In this document: piece by piece, positions 10,863-22,939 of the stretch
Position numbering within the stretch: position 1 is the stretch's first letter
Layout of the letters: every line of letters begins with the position of its first letter
NCBI GenBank assembly: GCA_965277715.1
Contig: OZ255836.1
Location: 448,001 to 512,000 of the forward strand
From: Gammaproteobacteria bacterium
GTDB taxonomy: Bacteria > Pseudomonadota > Gammaproteobacteria > JBCCGL01
Length of the DNA stretch: 64,000 nt
Reading direction: 5' to 3'
Made by a program: the position numbers and the translations under genes
The notes under the pieces: generated by a model
What the model was told of the DNA's origin: nothing
Database searches by the model: none
The model's input: only the letters and a program-made list of their open reading frames with translations

Positions 10863-10893
10863 CAAGGTATCATGCGGCTACTTTCAACGTCAA
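10863..10893 (-). promoter_or_regulatory. Putative sigma70 promoter of tRNA-Val
   Basis: TTGACG, ~18-nt spacer, TACCTT, then a GC-rich discriminator. Confidence 0.45.
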
Positions 10894-10998
10894 GAAGGAT
10901 GCGTTAAAAAAACGTGGGGTTAAGACCAAACGGGTAACATCACAGCACTAAAAACAAAGCATGGTACGCCGCCCAACTGTATAATTTGCGCGCTTTGA

Positions 10999-12444
<1,446 letters not shown>

Positions 12445-12451
12445 ATAAAGG

Positions 12452-13609
12452 ATGGAAATCCATTGGCCAATTGGGTTGAACGAGGCGCAATTCATCCACG
12501 ATTATTGGCAAAAACAGCCTTTGCTCATTCGCCAGGCGTTTCCCTGTTTTGAAAACCCATTACCCCCGGAAGAGTTAGCCGGGTTAGCCTGTGAAGAGGG
12601 CATTGCAGCCCGGCTGATAAGCCATCAGGCCGACCGTGGCTGGCAATGCAAACACGGCCCTTTCTGTGAGCATGACTTTGCTGAATTGCCAGACAGTGAC
12701 TGGTCACTATTGGTCACGGATATCGAAAAGCACTTACCGGATTTTATCGCCTACCTACAGCCTTTTCGCTTTATCCCCGACTGGCGCATCGATGATTTAA
12801 TGATAAGCCTGGCACCACCGGGTGGCTCAGTAGGCCCGCACGTTGATCAATATGATGTGTTCCTGCTCCAGGCAGAGGGGAGCCGTCGCTGGTCGATCAC
12901 AACGAATCCTGATGCCCTGCAAACAACAGCCAATACAAACCAAAACAGTCGATTAAAAATGTTGGATGGTTTTATTGCCGAGCAGGAATGGGTGTTACAA
13001 CCCGGTGATATGCTCTACTTGCCACCGGGTGTTGCGCATCACGGTGTTGCAATTGATCAGTGTATGACGTGGTCTATCGGTTTTCGTGCCCCCTCTATTC
13101 GCCAGCTTGTAACGGCGTGGTTTGAGCACTTTATTGATACATTGCCGGACGATGAACGGTTTCACGATGCACTGAAATCACCACAAACAGTGCGGGGAAG
13201 GATTGATGCCAGGACCCTGGAAAACATTGATTCGATACTCCAACCTTTATTGACCCAGGCAATGATTAACGCCAAAGACTGGTTCGGTGCCTCCATTACA
13301 GAAGCGCCGCTGGTATTGGAAGGTGGAGAGGAAAAAATTCAGGCGGACGAGCTTGTTGCGTTAATCCAGCAGGGCGCTGTGATTGAACGGCGTACCGATT
13401 GCCGTTTTGCGTTTATCGAGACCCAGAACACCTGCCTGCTATATGTTAACGGTGAGTCGTTTGTAAGTACCCCTGAGTTGGCGGCATTGCTCTGTGATGG
13501 GTATGGTTATTTGTCTATGCAGTTGGTGCCCTATATTTCAAACACGCACGATTGTGAGTTGCTTTGTTGTCTCGTCAATAATGGGGCGTTGTTTGTAACA
13601 GCTTCGTAG
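12452..13609 (+). CDS. roxA: JmjC/cupin ribosomal protein uL16 hydroxylase (YcfD/RoxA family)
   Basis: FIPDWRIDDLMIS, GPHVDQYDVFLLQ, PGDMLYLPPGVAHHG; adjacent to purB. Confidence 0.88.
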   Translation: MEIHWPIGLNEAQFIHDYWQKQPLLIRQAFPCFENPLPPEELAGLACEEGIAARLISHQADRGWQCKHGPFCEHDFAELPDSDWSLLVTDIEKHLPDFIAYLQPFRFIPDWRIDDLMISLAPPGGSVGPHVDQYDVFLLQAEGSRRWSITTNPDALQTTANTNQNSRLKMLDGFIAEQEWVLQPGDMLYLPPGVAHHGVAIDQCMTWSIGFRAPSIRQLVTAWFEHFIDTLPDDERFHDALKSPQTVRGRIDARTLENIDSILQPLLTQAMINAKDWFGASITEAPLVLEGGEEKIQADELVALIQQGAVIERRTDCRFAFIETQNTCLLYVNGESFVSTPELAALLCDGYGYLSMQLVPYISNTHDCELLCCLVNNGALFVTAS

Positions 13610-13648
13610 TAACTGATAGGTTTATGTATTACTGGTTATATACGCTCT

Positions 13649-14896
13649 TTAGGTAAATCTACTCGCAGAAAACGCGGAAATATCAATATCAGGTGATGCC
13701 CCGCAGGTTATATCGCTGATGATTTTCCCTGTAATGCCGCCCAGCGTTAACCCTATATGGTGATGCCCATAGGCAAACAGGATGTTACTGGAGACAGGCG
13801 AGGCGCCAATGACTGGCAGCGCATCCGGCAGGGTGGGACGAAAACCAATCCAATCCTGTTCGGGTTTGCCAATATCACCAAACATATGGTGTGACATGCG
13901 GGTTAGGTAATCGATTCGCCGCTGGTTTTTTGGTTTATCCAGCCCGGCGATTTCAACCGTGCCAGCAATGCGCAAACCAGCATCCATGGGCGTGCTGTAG
14001 AAACCGGCATCTGCCCAGCCCACGGGCCTGCTCAATAAACCCCTGTGTTGTGGGTATTGAATATGGTAGCCCCGCTCAGTGCCGAGCGGGGTGTGTGCCG
14101 CACCACAACCCGCAATGCGCTGTGAATGCGCGCCTGCGGCGATAACACAAAAACGCGCTGCCACTGTTTCACCGCTGTCGAGGTGTACGGATACTCCATC
14201 AGTGCTGGCTGTGGTGTGCATTGCCGACCGTGCTACATATTCACCGCCTACAGCAGTGAACTGCGCAACAAAACGCTCAACCAGTGTTTGTGGGTTAGTG
14301 ATGTAGCGTGCGCCTTTGTAGAGAAACCCTTTGTAAAGCGGCAACTTTAAGTGGGGTTCCAGCGCGAGAATATCATCGGCGTCGAGCGTCTCCATCACGT
14401 TACCATTGCGCCGCCGGGTTTCATAACCGGCGCCCGCATTGTCAAACGATTGTTTGCGTGAATAGACATACAGGCAATCGTTGGCGACCACGAGGTCTTG
14501 TGCCGCTGCCGCTTTAATTAACGGATCTAACCCGGCATTGCTGTGGCTCAACAGCCCACCTAAACTATCACTGATATGGCGGACACGTGCTTTAGTACAG
14601 TTGCGCAGGAATGCCAGTATCCACGGCATGTGCTGGATGGCATAACGCCAATCAAACGACAGAGGGCTGTCTTTGGCAAACAGCAGTGAGGGCAGTTGGC
14701 AAAATAGGGCTGGGTCGTTAATCGGCACACACCCGTAGGTTGCGATGGTGCAGGCGTTGCCGTAGGAAGTACCACTACCCGGCGGGTTTTTGTCGATTAA
14801 TAACACCTTCAGCCCCCGCATCTGCGACCATAATGCGCAACAGGCGCCAACGATGCCTGCGCCGATAATAACGACATCATAGGGTTGTTTGTTCAT
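13649..14896 (-). CDS. FAD-dependent D-amino-acid dehydrogenase family oxidoreductase
   Basis: GAGIVG, TSYGNA, GFRPTLPDALPVIG, GHHHIGLT. Confidence 0.88.
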   Translation of the reverse strand: MNKQPYDVVIIGAGIVGACCALWSQMRGLKVLLIDKNPPGSGTSYGNACTIATYGCVPINDPALFCQLPSLLFAKDSPLSFDWRYAIQHMPWILAFLRNCTKARVRHISDSLGGLLSHSNAGLDPLIKAAAAQDLVVANDCLYVYSRKQSFDNAGAGYETRRRNGNVMETLDADDILALEPHLKLPLYKGFLYKGARYITNPQTLVERFVAQFTAVGGEYVARSAMHTTASTDGVSVHLDSGETVAARFCVIAAGAHSQRIAGCGAAHTPLGTERGYHIQYPQHRGLLSRPVGWADAGFYSTPMDAGLRIAGTVEIAGLDKPKNQRRIDYLTRMSHHMFGDIGKPEQDWIGFRPTLPDALPVIGASPVSSNILFAYGHHHIGLTLGGITGKIISDITCGASPDIDISAFSASRFT

Positions 14897-15028
14897 TGTT
14901 GGCCTCGTAGGGGCGATGCCCTAATGCGTTAAAAATAGAAAGCGGGTGTTGATGGGGATTTCACGTGTTATCGTTTAACAGTTAATAGTATCAAAATTAA
15001 AACACTAAATTTGAAGGTTCAATAAATA

Positions 15029-16156
15029 ATGAATAACCCTGCTACTTACGATGTGATTGTTATTGGGGCCGGTGTCGTCGGTATCGCTGTCGCCTCGGTG
15101 CTCTCCAATGATTTGCGCGTACTGATATTGGAGCGTGAAACGGTACCAATGTACCACTCGACCAGCCGCTCGGCGGCTATGTTGATCGAAAGTTACGGGG
15201 GAAGCGCGATGGAGCAGTTTATTCGCGGTAGCCGCCCGTTCTTTGTCAACCCGCCCGCTGGTTTCTGTGATGCGCCTCTGGCCAGCCCACGCGGTATTGT
15301 TACCCTCGCCAAAATCGGCCAGGAAGCGTTACTCAAACAGGCATTTGCAGGGCAGACAGGCAGTGATTTAATGTCGATAGCGGCACTGCAACAGCGCATC
15401 CCCGCTATTCGGGCGGGAAAATTTACGGGTGGTCTGCTCGATGAAAACGCCATGGATTTGGATGTCGATCAATTGTGCCAGGGGTATCTGCGCCAATTTA
15501 AGCAATTGGGTGGTGAGTTGGTTTGTGGGGCGGAGGTGAAACAAATACAGCGACGGCAGGGGCTGTGGACGGTAGGGTCGTCGGCAGGTGATTACTCTGC
15601 ACCACGCCTGATCAATGCTGCGGGAGCCTGGGCTGACGATGTTGCGAAAATGGCGCAGCTTACCGGGCTGGGCTTGCTACCGCATCGACGCACCGCCGCT
15701 ATTGTGGCATTTGAACAGCCCGCTGGGCGTGACTGGCCAATGATCGGTGATTTTGATGAAACCTGGTACGGGCGCCCGGAAGGCGAGTGGATGATGGTGT
15801 CGCTCGCCGAGGAAACGCCGATGCAGGCGTGTGATGCCTGGCCTGATGATATTGATGTGGCGACGGGTATCGATAACTTTCAACAGGCGCTGGATTTGGG
15901 TGAAGTAACCAAAGTAGTACGTAGCTGGGCGGGCTTGCGCACGTTTTCGCCAGACCGGCACCCGGTTGTGGGCTTCGACCCGCGCCAAGAAGGTTTCTTT
16001 TGGTTGGCAGGGCAGGGGGGAAGCGGTATTCACTCAGCGCCCGCTTTAACCCATGCGGCGGCGAGCTTAATTACAGGCAATACCTTTCCTGAATGGCTAA
16101 AGGTTGATACAGCGTTAATAACGTCCTTATCGCCACGCCGGTTTATGGACAAGTGA
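15029..16156 (+). CDS. FAD-dependent oxidoreductase, DAO family (D-arginine dehydrogenase-like)
   Basis: GAGVVG, HSTSRSAA, INAAGAWAD, WAGLRTFSPD, LAGQGGSGI. Confidence 0.85.
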   Translation: MNNPATYDVIVIGAGVVGIAVASVLSNDLRVLILERETVPMYHSTSRSAAMLIESYGGSAMEQFIRGSRPFFVNPPAGFCDAPLASPRGIVTLAKIGQEALLKQAFAGQTGSDLMSIAALQQRIPAIRAGKFTGGLLDENAMDLDVDQLCQGYLRQFKQLGGELVCGAEVKQIQRRQGLWTVGSSAGDYSAPRLINAAGAWADDVAKMAQLTGLGLLPHRRTAAIVAFEQPAGRDWPMIGDFDETWYGRPEGEWMMVSLAEETPMQACDAWPDDIDVATGIDNFQQALDLGEVTKVVRSWAGLRTFSPDRHPVVGFDPRQEGFFWLAGQGGSGIHSAPALTHAAASLITGNTFPEWLKVDTALITSLSPRRFMDK

Positions 16157-16201
16157 TAGTAGAATGACACAGTTAGGTTTACGTCGACGGGGGGTAAATA
16201 A

Positions 16202-16774
16202 ATGACGGCATGGATAAAAATGATCGGCGACGACGAGGCCGATAGCACGTTACTGGCGGTGCTGGATCGGGCGCGCACGCCTCACGGTACGGTTGATAAT
16301 GTGATGCGTGTGCATAGCCTGCGCCCGCATACGATGGATGGGCATGTAGCGCTTTACCGGGCGGCTCTGCACAATGATAACAACACACTGCCGCTGTGGT
16401 TTCTGGAGTTGGTGGGCAGTTACACCAGCTTACTTAATCGCTGCGACTATAGTTACACCAACCACGCCACGAACTTTAAGGTGCAACTGGGGGATGAACA
16501 GCGCGGCGATGAAATACTCGACGCCTTACACCAGCGCGCACCTGAGCGGGTGATGCAGGGCGCGCAGCTTGCCCTGCTACGCTACACTGAAAAGCTCACC
16601 CTACACCCCGGTGATATGGTTGAGGAGGATATAGTAAAGCTGCGTGACGCCGGTGCCAGCGATGGTGAAATACTCGAAGTGAATCAGGTCTGTGGTTATT
16701 TTAGTTATGCCAATCGGTTGTTAAATGGCCTGGGCGTGTCGTTGCAGGGTGATCATGTTGGGTATTATCGTTGA
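16202..16774 (+). CDS. AhpD/carboxymuconolactone decarboxylase-like peroxidase-related protein
   Basis: VHSLRP, SLLNRCDYSYTNH, FSYANRLLNGLGV. Confidence 0.85.
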   Translation: MTAWIKMIGDDEADSTLLAVLDRARTPHGTVDNVMRVHSLRPHTMDGHVALYRAALHNDNNTLPLWFLELVGSYTSLLNRCDYSYTNHATNFKVQLGDEQRGDEILDALHQRAPERVMQGAQLALLRYTEKLTLHPGDMVEEDIVKLRDAGASDGEILEVNQVCGYFSYANRLLNGLGVSLQGDHVGYYR

Positions 16775-16793
16775 ATTATGAAGCGGTTAATCC

Positions 16794-17828
16794 ATGAATA
16801 TTGACTGGCACAAAACCAGGCTTAGCTGTGATATTGACCTGTCAAAACCAGGGCGGCAGATAGGTGATTTGCGGTTGCCATTTTCAGATAACAATACGCC
16901 CTTGGGTTATTACCCCATGCCTATTATCTCGCTGGCAAACGGTGAGGGGCCAACACTGTTGTTGTGCGGGGGCACACACGGCGATGAATACGAAGGCCCG
17001 GCGGCCATTATGGATCTTGTGCACTCACTCGATCTGCGCCAGTTGCACGGGCGCATCATTGCACTGCCCGCCAGTAATGCCCCTGCATTTGCCGGTATAT
17101 CGCGCTGTTCGCCGCTGGATGGCGGCAACCTTAACCGGGCGTATCCCGGTGATGTCGACGGCGGGCCTACGGCGATGATTGCCCATTTTATTGAGTCCTT
17201 ATTATTGCCACAATGCGATGCGGCAATTGATTTTCACGCGGGGGGCAAGGCGAGTATTTATTCGGTGTTGGCGATGATCTGTTGTAGTGATGGCGCATTG
17301 TATCGGCAGAATTTACAACTGGCCCGCGCATTTGCCCCCGATTTTATCTGGCTATTAAACGGCCCGCGAACCGGCGGCTCGGTTAATGATGCGGCAAACC
17401 GGCAGGGTGTGCCGATGTTTGCCAGTGAGTTGTTTGGTGGTGGCCGGGTGTCCAGAGAGAGCTTTCGCAGAACCAAAGAAGGCGTTTACCGGGTAATGCG
17501 GTCGCTGGGTATGTTGGCAGGTGAGATGTCTGAACCCACTACAGTGGCACTGCTGATTGAAGGCATCGAAAACGGTGGCGTGTTTGCGCGCCGCGCCGGT
17601 GTATTTGTACCCAGTATTGACCTTAATGAGGTCGTTGCCAGGGGCGATAAAGTCGGGACGCTATACAGTGTGTTGGAACCGGAGCGTGCCCCCTTGCCTT
17701 TGTACAGCCCGGTGGCGGGAACACTGATCTCGATGGTGCACCGTGGAGCGGTGGAGCGGGGCGAACGTTTGTTGTTATTTGCGCAGGTTTCGGCGCACGA
17801 ACCCTTGCCAACATTGGACAGCGTTTGA
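16794..17828 (+). CDS. Succinylglutamate desuccinylase/aspartoacylase family deacylase (DoeB-like)
   Basis: GGTHGDEYEG, NLNRAYPG and IDFHAGG zinc-ligand motifs. Confidence 0.88.
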   Translation: MNIDWHKTRLSCDIDLSKPGRQIGDLRLPFSDNNTPLGYYPMPIISLANGEGPTLLLCGGTHGDEYEGPAAIMDLVHSLDLRQLHGRIIALPASNAPAFAGISRCSPLDGGNLNRAYPGDVDGGPTAMIAHFIESLLLPQCDAAIDFHAGGKASIYSVLAMICCSDGALYRQNLQLARAFAPDFIWLLNGPRTGGSVNDAANRQGVPMFASELFGGGRVSRESFRRTKEGVYRVMRSLGMLAGEMSEPTTVALLIEGIENGGVFARRAGVFVPSIDLNEVVARGDKVGTLYSVLEPERAPLPLYSPVAGTLISMVHRGAVERGERLLLFAQVSAHEPLPTLDSV

Positions 17829-17903
17829 CACAATTTGATGCTAACCATCACAGTGGTGAGCCGGTGCAGGTTGATAAGGCACCTGGGGTTGGGTAGTAGC
17901 AGG

Positions 17904-20702
17904 CTATTGTACATAATCACATGATGGCCGCACAAAATCGGCAATCCGCCGCATGGTATAGGTATCGTAAGTTGCCGGATTGTCCGCATAGCCATCGGCG
18001 AGCCGATAGGCGGTTACCCCGTTTGGCACCATAATCACATAGTTTCCCCCCACGCCGTGCATGGTGGGCGCGACGATCCAGCAATCGTCGTCAACCTGGT
18101 ACGGTATTAACCACAGCGATGTCGCGTAGTGTGCCTGGCCACCCCGCCGGTAATACCAGCCACTCGGCAAGCCGGTCTCTCTATCGACCTCCATCAGCTT
18201 GCGGGTCAGTGCCTTGTGCAGCACTTGTTCACTTTTGTAACGCCCCTGGTTTCTGATCAGTTTTACCACTTTGGCAATATCATCGACGGTGGCAAACATT
18301 TGCCAGCCCAGCTCGGGCACGCGCCTGCGCGGGTCTGGATCATGGGCGTATGCCACCGGTAGATGGCGAATGCCGATGGGCCGGTAAACCTCGCTTAGCA
18401 TCATCTCCCACAACTGGGCATCGTCACCTTCGCGTGTCTTAAGGAAACGATCCATCGCTGCGCTCAACACAAAGGTATCGACAGTGCGGTAGCGCAATAC
18501 CTCGCCGGGTTGCCAGGGGTAACGCCCAAACGCGCCGATAGCGCGTAGCTTATCGTCGACGGTACGCGCTGCAAAAACCGCTTGCCCGAGCGGTGAGTTG
18601 TCAGCGTCGACGTAGGTGTTGACGCGCTCGGGAACGACGTTGCCAATACCGGTTGCCATGTCGATAGCATGGCGAAAGCGCACACCCTGCCAGCCGTCGT
18701 GATCGGCGGGTATATCGATATAGTCGAGGATTTTTTCGTCCAGCACATCGACACCGTATTTTTCTGCCAGGCGCAACAGGGCCAGTGCGGCTCCCATCGA
18801 CTTGGCCACCGAATACACCGAGTGGCGCATGGCATCGCAATAGGGGTAGTCGCCGTAGCGCGTATGGCAACCCCGGCTGTAGATCACGCCATCGATAATC
18901 ATACCGCTGCTGGTAATGTGCTCTTTACCGCCCTGGCTATCGAAGTAGTCGAGCAGCGCCGGATTGATGCTGTCGTATAGCACCGACCAGGGCTTGACCG
19001 GTTCGCGCCGGGCGGCGAACGCCAGGTAGTCATCGATAAGGTGTTGCGTATCGGGGGGGTGTGTTGCAACCCTTTGTGCGTTGAGCTGCCCCCAGGCGTC
19101 GAATTTATACCAGGGCGAAGACTCCTGCACGATCTGGTAGCGGAGGTTGGATATCGTCTGTTCATCGAAGGTAAACATGGCCAGACCATTGCGTGCGCTG
19201 CCATCGCGTTTACCGATCAGGGCGAAGGGAAATGAAGCACGCGAATAACCTGCATCACCGGCCTCAGACCAGATTCGGCCAGCCCCTACCAGGAGCGACC
19301 AGTTGGGGTTGTCGGTTTCCATTAACCCCGGCTCAACGGGAATCAATTGGCCCTGGTGCGAGACAAAATGAATAGTCACGGCGGGGAAGCTACCAAACCC
19401 GGTGCGCGGTACCCCACCGGCGCGTTGGCCAATAATCTCACTCGTGTCGATTTTTACACCTGCATTAAAGGCGTGAAGGGCTGCACTGTGCTCACCTACG
19501 GGTAAAAACTGACTATTCTGCAAGGGTGCCTGTAGGCTGGCGGTGTCGTCCATCAGCCCGGTGTGCCTGGCGTGTACTCGCCCGTGTGCCTTATTGGTTG
19601 TATTAGTATTGGCGGCAGTGGGGGGTGGTGCAGCAAACCTGACCACGGGCGACCGGCTGCTCAGTTCGGTGGCAATATAGATTCCCAAACCGGCCACACC
19701 TGCCGCGATAGCTATTTTGTAACCGGCGCGCAAGTGCCCAGGGGTGATGTAGGCCATTGCCTGCCTGCTGACCAGGCGGGGGTTGGCAGCTATCGATACA
19801 ATATCTGCCAGGAGTATCAAAACCACATAAATACTGGCAAAGATAACCCCACAGGCCTGAATAACCGGCACATCGCGGGCCGATACGGCATCGACAAACA
19901 AGGTGCCTAAACCGGGGTAAACGAAGATTATTTCAATAATCACCACGCCGGTAATCAACACCGCGAAGCCGAGCGAAACCGCGTTGGCAATGGTGCCGAT
20001 ATTATTGGGGATAACATGGTGCAACATAATGCGCGCTGGCGTCAGGCCTTTTAATTCGGCCATTTGCACATAGGGGGCCGACAGCGTATTAATCAGCGCG
20101 GCACGCACAATACGCATTACCGGTGGAATGGTGATAATCGCCAGGGTCAGGATCGGCAGTATCGCGGCGTGGAGTTTTTCCAACAGTGGCGCTGAGTCCT
20201 CGACCAATGCCAGGCTGGGCAACCAGCCTAGGCCAACGGCCAACATCCCCATCAGCGCATAACCGACCAGAAACTCCGGTGTCGAGATCATCACCGCCGA
20301 GCTGCCAAGCAACACCCGGTCTGTCCTTGAGTAGCGCCGCAATGCTGTGAATACCCCTAGCGCAATAGCGATGGGAAAAGACACCAGCGCGACGAAAAAT
20401 GCCAGCCACAAGGTGCGCAGCAGGCGCCTGCTGACAACCGGTTCAATGGCATAACCGGCCCAGGCACTACCAAAGTCGAACCGTACCATGCGCACCAGCC
20501 ATTGCGCATAACGCTCTGGCAGTGAGTGGTAGAGGCCGAGTTTTTCGCGGATAACATCGCCGGTCTGTTGCGAGTATTCACGCCCCAGCAGTTCTGAGGC
20601 GAAATCACCAGGCATCGCCTCGGTGCCGAGAAAAATCAGCAGAGAGGTGGCAATCAGGGTTACCAGGCCATAGAGAAATCGCTTGATAATAAGCCTGGTC
20701 AT
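17904..20702 (-). CDS. Fusion of DppB/OppB-type ABC permease with a beta-lactamase-fold serine hydrolase
   Basis: N-terminal ~310 aa: MPGD, YVQMAELKGL (EAA loop), IFVYPGLG, RDVPVIQ. C-terminal part: SVAK (SxxK), YRT and HGVGGN. Confidence 0.82.
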   Translation of the reverse strand: MTRLIIKRFLYGLVTLIATSLLIFLGTEAMPGDFASELLGREYSQQTGDVIREKLGLYHSLPERYAQWLVRMVRFDFGSAWAGYAIEPVVSRRLLRTLWLAFFVALVSFPIAIALGVFTALRRYSRTDRVLLGSSAVMISTPEFLVGYALMGMLAVGLGWLPSLALVEDSAPLLEKLHAAILPILTLAIITIPPVMRIVRAALINTLSAPYVQMAELKGLTPARIMLHHVIPNNIGTIANAVSLGFAVLITGVVIIEIIFVYPGLGTLFVDAVSARDVPVIQACGVIFASIYVVLILLADIVSIAANPRLVSRQAMAYITPGHLRAGYKIAIAAGVAGLGIYIATELSSRSPVVRFAAPPPTAANTNTTNKAHGRVHARHTGLMDDTASLQAPLQNSQFLPVGEHSAALHAFNAGVKIDTSEIIGQRAGGVPRTGFGSFPAVTIHFVSHQGQLIPVEPGLMETDNPNWSLLVGAGRIWSEAGDAGYSRASFPFALIGKRDGSARNGLAMFTFDEQTISNLRYQIVQESSPWYKFDAWGQLNAQRVATHPPDTQHLIDDYLAFAARREPVKPWSVLYDSINPALLDYFDSQGGKEHITSSGMIIDGVIYSRGCHTRYGDYPYCDAMRHSVYSVAKSMGAALALLRLAEKYGVDVLDEKILDYIDIPADHDGWQGVRFRHAIDMATGIGNVVPERVNTYVDADNSPLGQAVFAARTVDDKLRAIGAFGRYPWQPGEVLRYRTVDTFVLSAAMDRFLKTREGDDAQLWEMMLSEVYRPIGIRHLPVAYAHDPDPRRRVPELGWQMFATVDDIAKVVKLIRNQGRYKSEQVLHKALTRKLMEVDRETGLPSGWYYRRGGQAHYATSLWLIPYQVDDDCWIVAPTMHGVGGNYVIMVPNGVTAYRLADGYADNPATYDTYTMRRIADFVRPSCDYVQ

Positions 20703-20715
20703 GGCATTTTAAGGC

Positions 20716-22788
20716 TTAACCTCCGGCGGCTACCAACGGTATTTCCCGACGAAACAAGTGTGCGTATTGATCCGCCCCCGATTCAAATAAGCGTGCCGCC
20801 TCGTGCCCGGCATACACGGCGGTGGCCACTGTACCGGGCACTTCACAATCGCCAATTGCCTGGAGTGTTTTAAACTGTGTGGGGCTTTCTATCAACGCCT
20901 GATACAAGGCATCGTTTGACGTTTTCGATGTCACCACAACCAACGTATCCGCCGCTAAGGATTGTGTTTGCCGGGTGTCATTCACGGTGTCAAACACATT
21001 GTAAACCGTCAGCTCAGCAGGGTTGACCCCGGCGATGGCGTGCGAGGTGATCAGCCTGACGCCTATACCTAACAACCTGGCTTGAATTTTATCTTGCTCC
21101 AGCGTGTTAACCGTCCAGCTCGACACCAGTGGTTCCGGGGTGAGCAGGGTGACATCGATGCCGCTTTCGCGCAGCTTTTCAGCCAGTGCGCCCCCCATAA
21201 AGTAGTGATCGTCATCGTAAATAACCACCCGGCCACGGGTTTCTGCGCCATTGAAAATATCGTCGGGTGTCAGTACGTGTGCGCTGTCGAGGCCATCAAT
21301 CGGCTGGTGATGGTAGCGACCAACGCCATCGCGCCGCCACTGCGCTCCGGTAGCGATAAACACATGGGGAATATCCAGCGCGCAAATCTCGCTGGCACTG
21401 AGTGCATTGCCGGGGAAAATCTGTACATTTGGGTGCCGTTGCAATTGGGTAACGCGGTAGTCACGCACACGGATAAAGCTGGATAAGCCGGGCAGGGTAC
21501 TCTCTGGGACGACACGCCCGCCCAGCGTTTCCCTGGTTTCTGCCAGCATCACCGGGTAGCCACGGTTGGCCATTTGCAGCGCGCACTCCAGCCCGGCCGG
21601 GCCAGCACCGACTACCAACACCGCATCATCACTGGCGGCAGGGGCGATGTGCTCCGGGTGCCAGTTGCGTTTCCACTCCTCGCCCTGCGTTGGGTTTTGT
21701 GTACAGCGAATCGGCCCGCCCATATTGTCTTGCGCCACGCAAATATTACAGCCGATGCACTCGCGGATTTCATCGATGCGGTCTTCTCGAATTTTATTAG
21801 GCAAAAACGGGTCGGCGATTGAGGGCCGTGCCGCGCCAATAAAGTCCAGCACACCACGGGTAATTTGCGACACCATCGCATCGGCTGAGGTAAACCGGCC
21901 AACACCGACCACGGGTTTGGTGGTCAGGGATTTGACAAACGCGGTGTATTTTTCCTGGTAACCTTCGTTCGGTTCAAAGCGTGCAGTGGCGGAATCGTTG
22001 CCCCAGTCGGAGACATTGACATCCCATAAGTCGGGGATTTCGGCGAGCATTGCCACCACATCGTGGCCTTCGCCGTGCGCCTGTAAACCGTGTTCGCCAA
22101 GCAGTTCGTCAACCGCAAAGCGCAGGGCGATGGCACAACTATCACCGACGGCTTCTTTAACATCGGTCAATGTCTCGCGCAGAAAACGCACGCGATTTTC
22201 CAGTGAACCCCCATATTCGTCGATGCGCTGGTTCATCTGCGGTTTTAAAAAGTGCATCAACGTGACCATATCGTGCCCGGCGTAGACATAGACAATATCG
22301 TAGCCCGCACGTCTGGCACGCTTTGCCGATTCAACGTGCCAGCGGCGTACATTGTGGATATCCGCTTTCGTCATGCCACGCGCCTGGATTGGCATATTGC
22401 CGTGGACGATGGTTGGGCTGGGCGCCATCGGTGCCAAACGACTGTACAGATTGCTGGCGTGATGGCCGTTGTAGGCCAACTCAATGCCCGCCAGTGCGCC
22501 GTGCGCATGCACCGCATCGGTCATAAGCTGGTGTTGGGGGATGTCATCGTCGTCCCACAGGCGCCCCTCAACATAGGGAGTTAGCTCCGAGCTGGGGTGG
22601 ATTTCGACCTCCTGTGTACATACCACCCCCCAGCCGCCTTCCGCTTTAACGCCACGGTTGTGTGCCTCTGCGCGTGGTCGCGCATGGCCCAGGACATTGC
22701 AATGAGGTACCTGGTAAAAACGGTTTTTTGCCGTTACCGGGCCAATTTGTACGGGTTCAAACAGAATGTCATAGCGTGATTGGGTCAT
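20716..22788 (-). CDS. Trimethylamine/histamine dehydrogenase-like flavoprotein (OYE barrel + 4Fe-4S + Rossmann)
   Basis: KNRFYQVPHC, VYAGH, ARPSIADPFLP, ECIGCNIC...CTQN, GAGPAG. Confidence 0.88.
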   Translation of the reverse strand: MTQSRYDILFEPVQIGPVTAKNRFYQVPHCNVLGHARPRAEAHNRGVKAEGGWGVVCTQEVEIHPSSELTPYVEGRLWDDDDIPQHQLMTDAVHAHGALAGIELAYNGHHASNLYSRLAPMAPSPTIVHGNMPIQARGMTKADIHNVRRWHVESAKRARRAGYDIVYVYAGHDMVTLMHFLKPQMNQRIDEYGGSLENRVRFLRETLTDVKEAVGDSCAIALRFAVDELLGEHGLQAHGEGHDVVAMLAEIPDLWDVNVSDWGNDSATARFEPNEGYQEKYTAFVKSLTTKPVVGVGRFTSADAMVSQITRGVLDFIGAARPSIADPFLPNKIREDRIDEIRECIGCNICVAQDNMGGPIRCTQNPTQGEEWKRNWHPEHIAPAASDDAVLVVGAGPAGLECALQMANRGYPVMLAETRETLGGRVVPESTLPGLSSFIRVRDYRVTQLQRHPNVQIFPGNALSASEICALDIPHVFIATGAQWRRDGVGRYHHQPIDGLDSAHVLTPDDIFNGAETRGRVVIYDDDHYFMGGALAEKLRESGIDVTLLTPEPLVSSWTVNTLEQDKIQARLLGIGVRLITSHAIAGVNPAELTVYNVFDTVNDTRQTQSLAADTLVVVTSKTSNDALYQALIESPTQFKTLQAIGDCEVPGTVATAVYAGHEAARLFESGADQYAHLFRREIPLVAAGG

Positions 22789-22939
22789 GGCGATACAATA
22801 CCGAAGCGTTGCGAACAAAGCGCCACTGTAGCAGACAGTCGGCCTGTCTGAAAACACAATAGAGTAGCGCTGTGCGGCAATGTCCTATAGTCTCGCGGCT
22901 CACCAGATAACCGGTAAAACGGATTGACTAATAGAGTAG

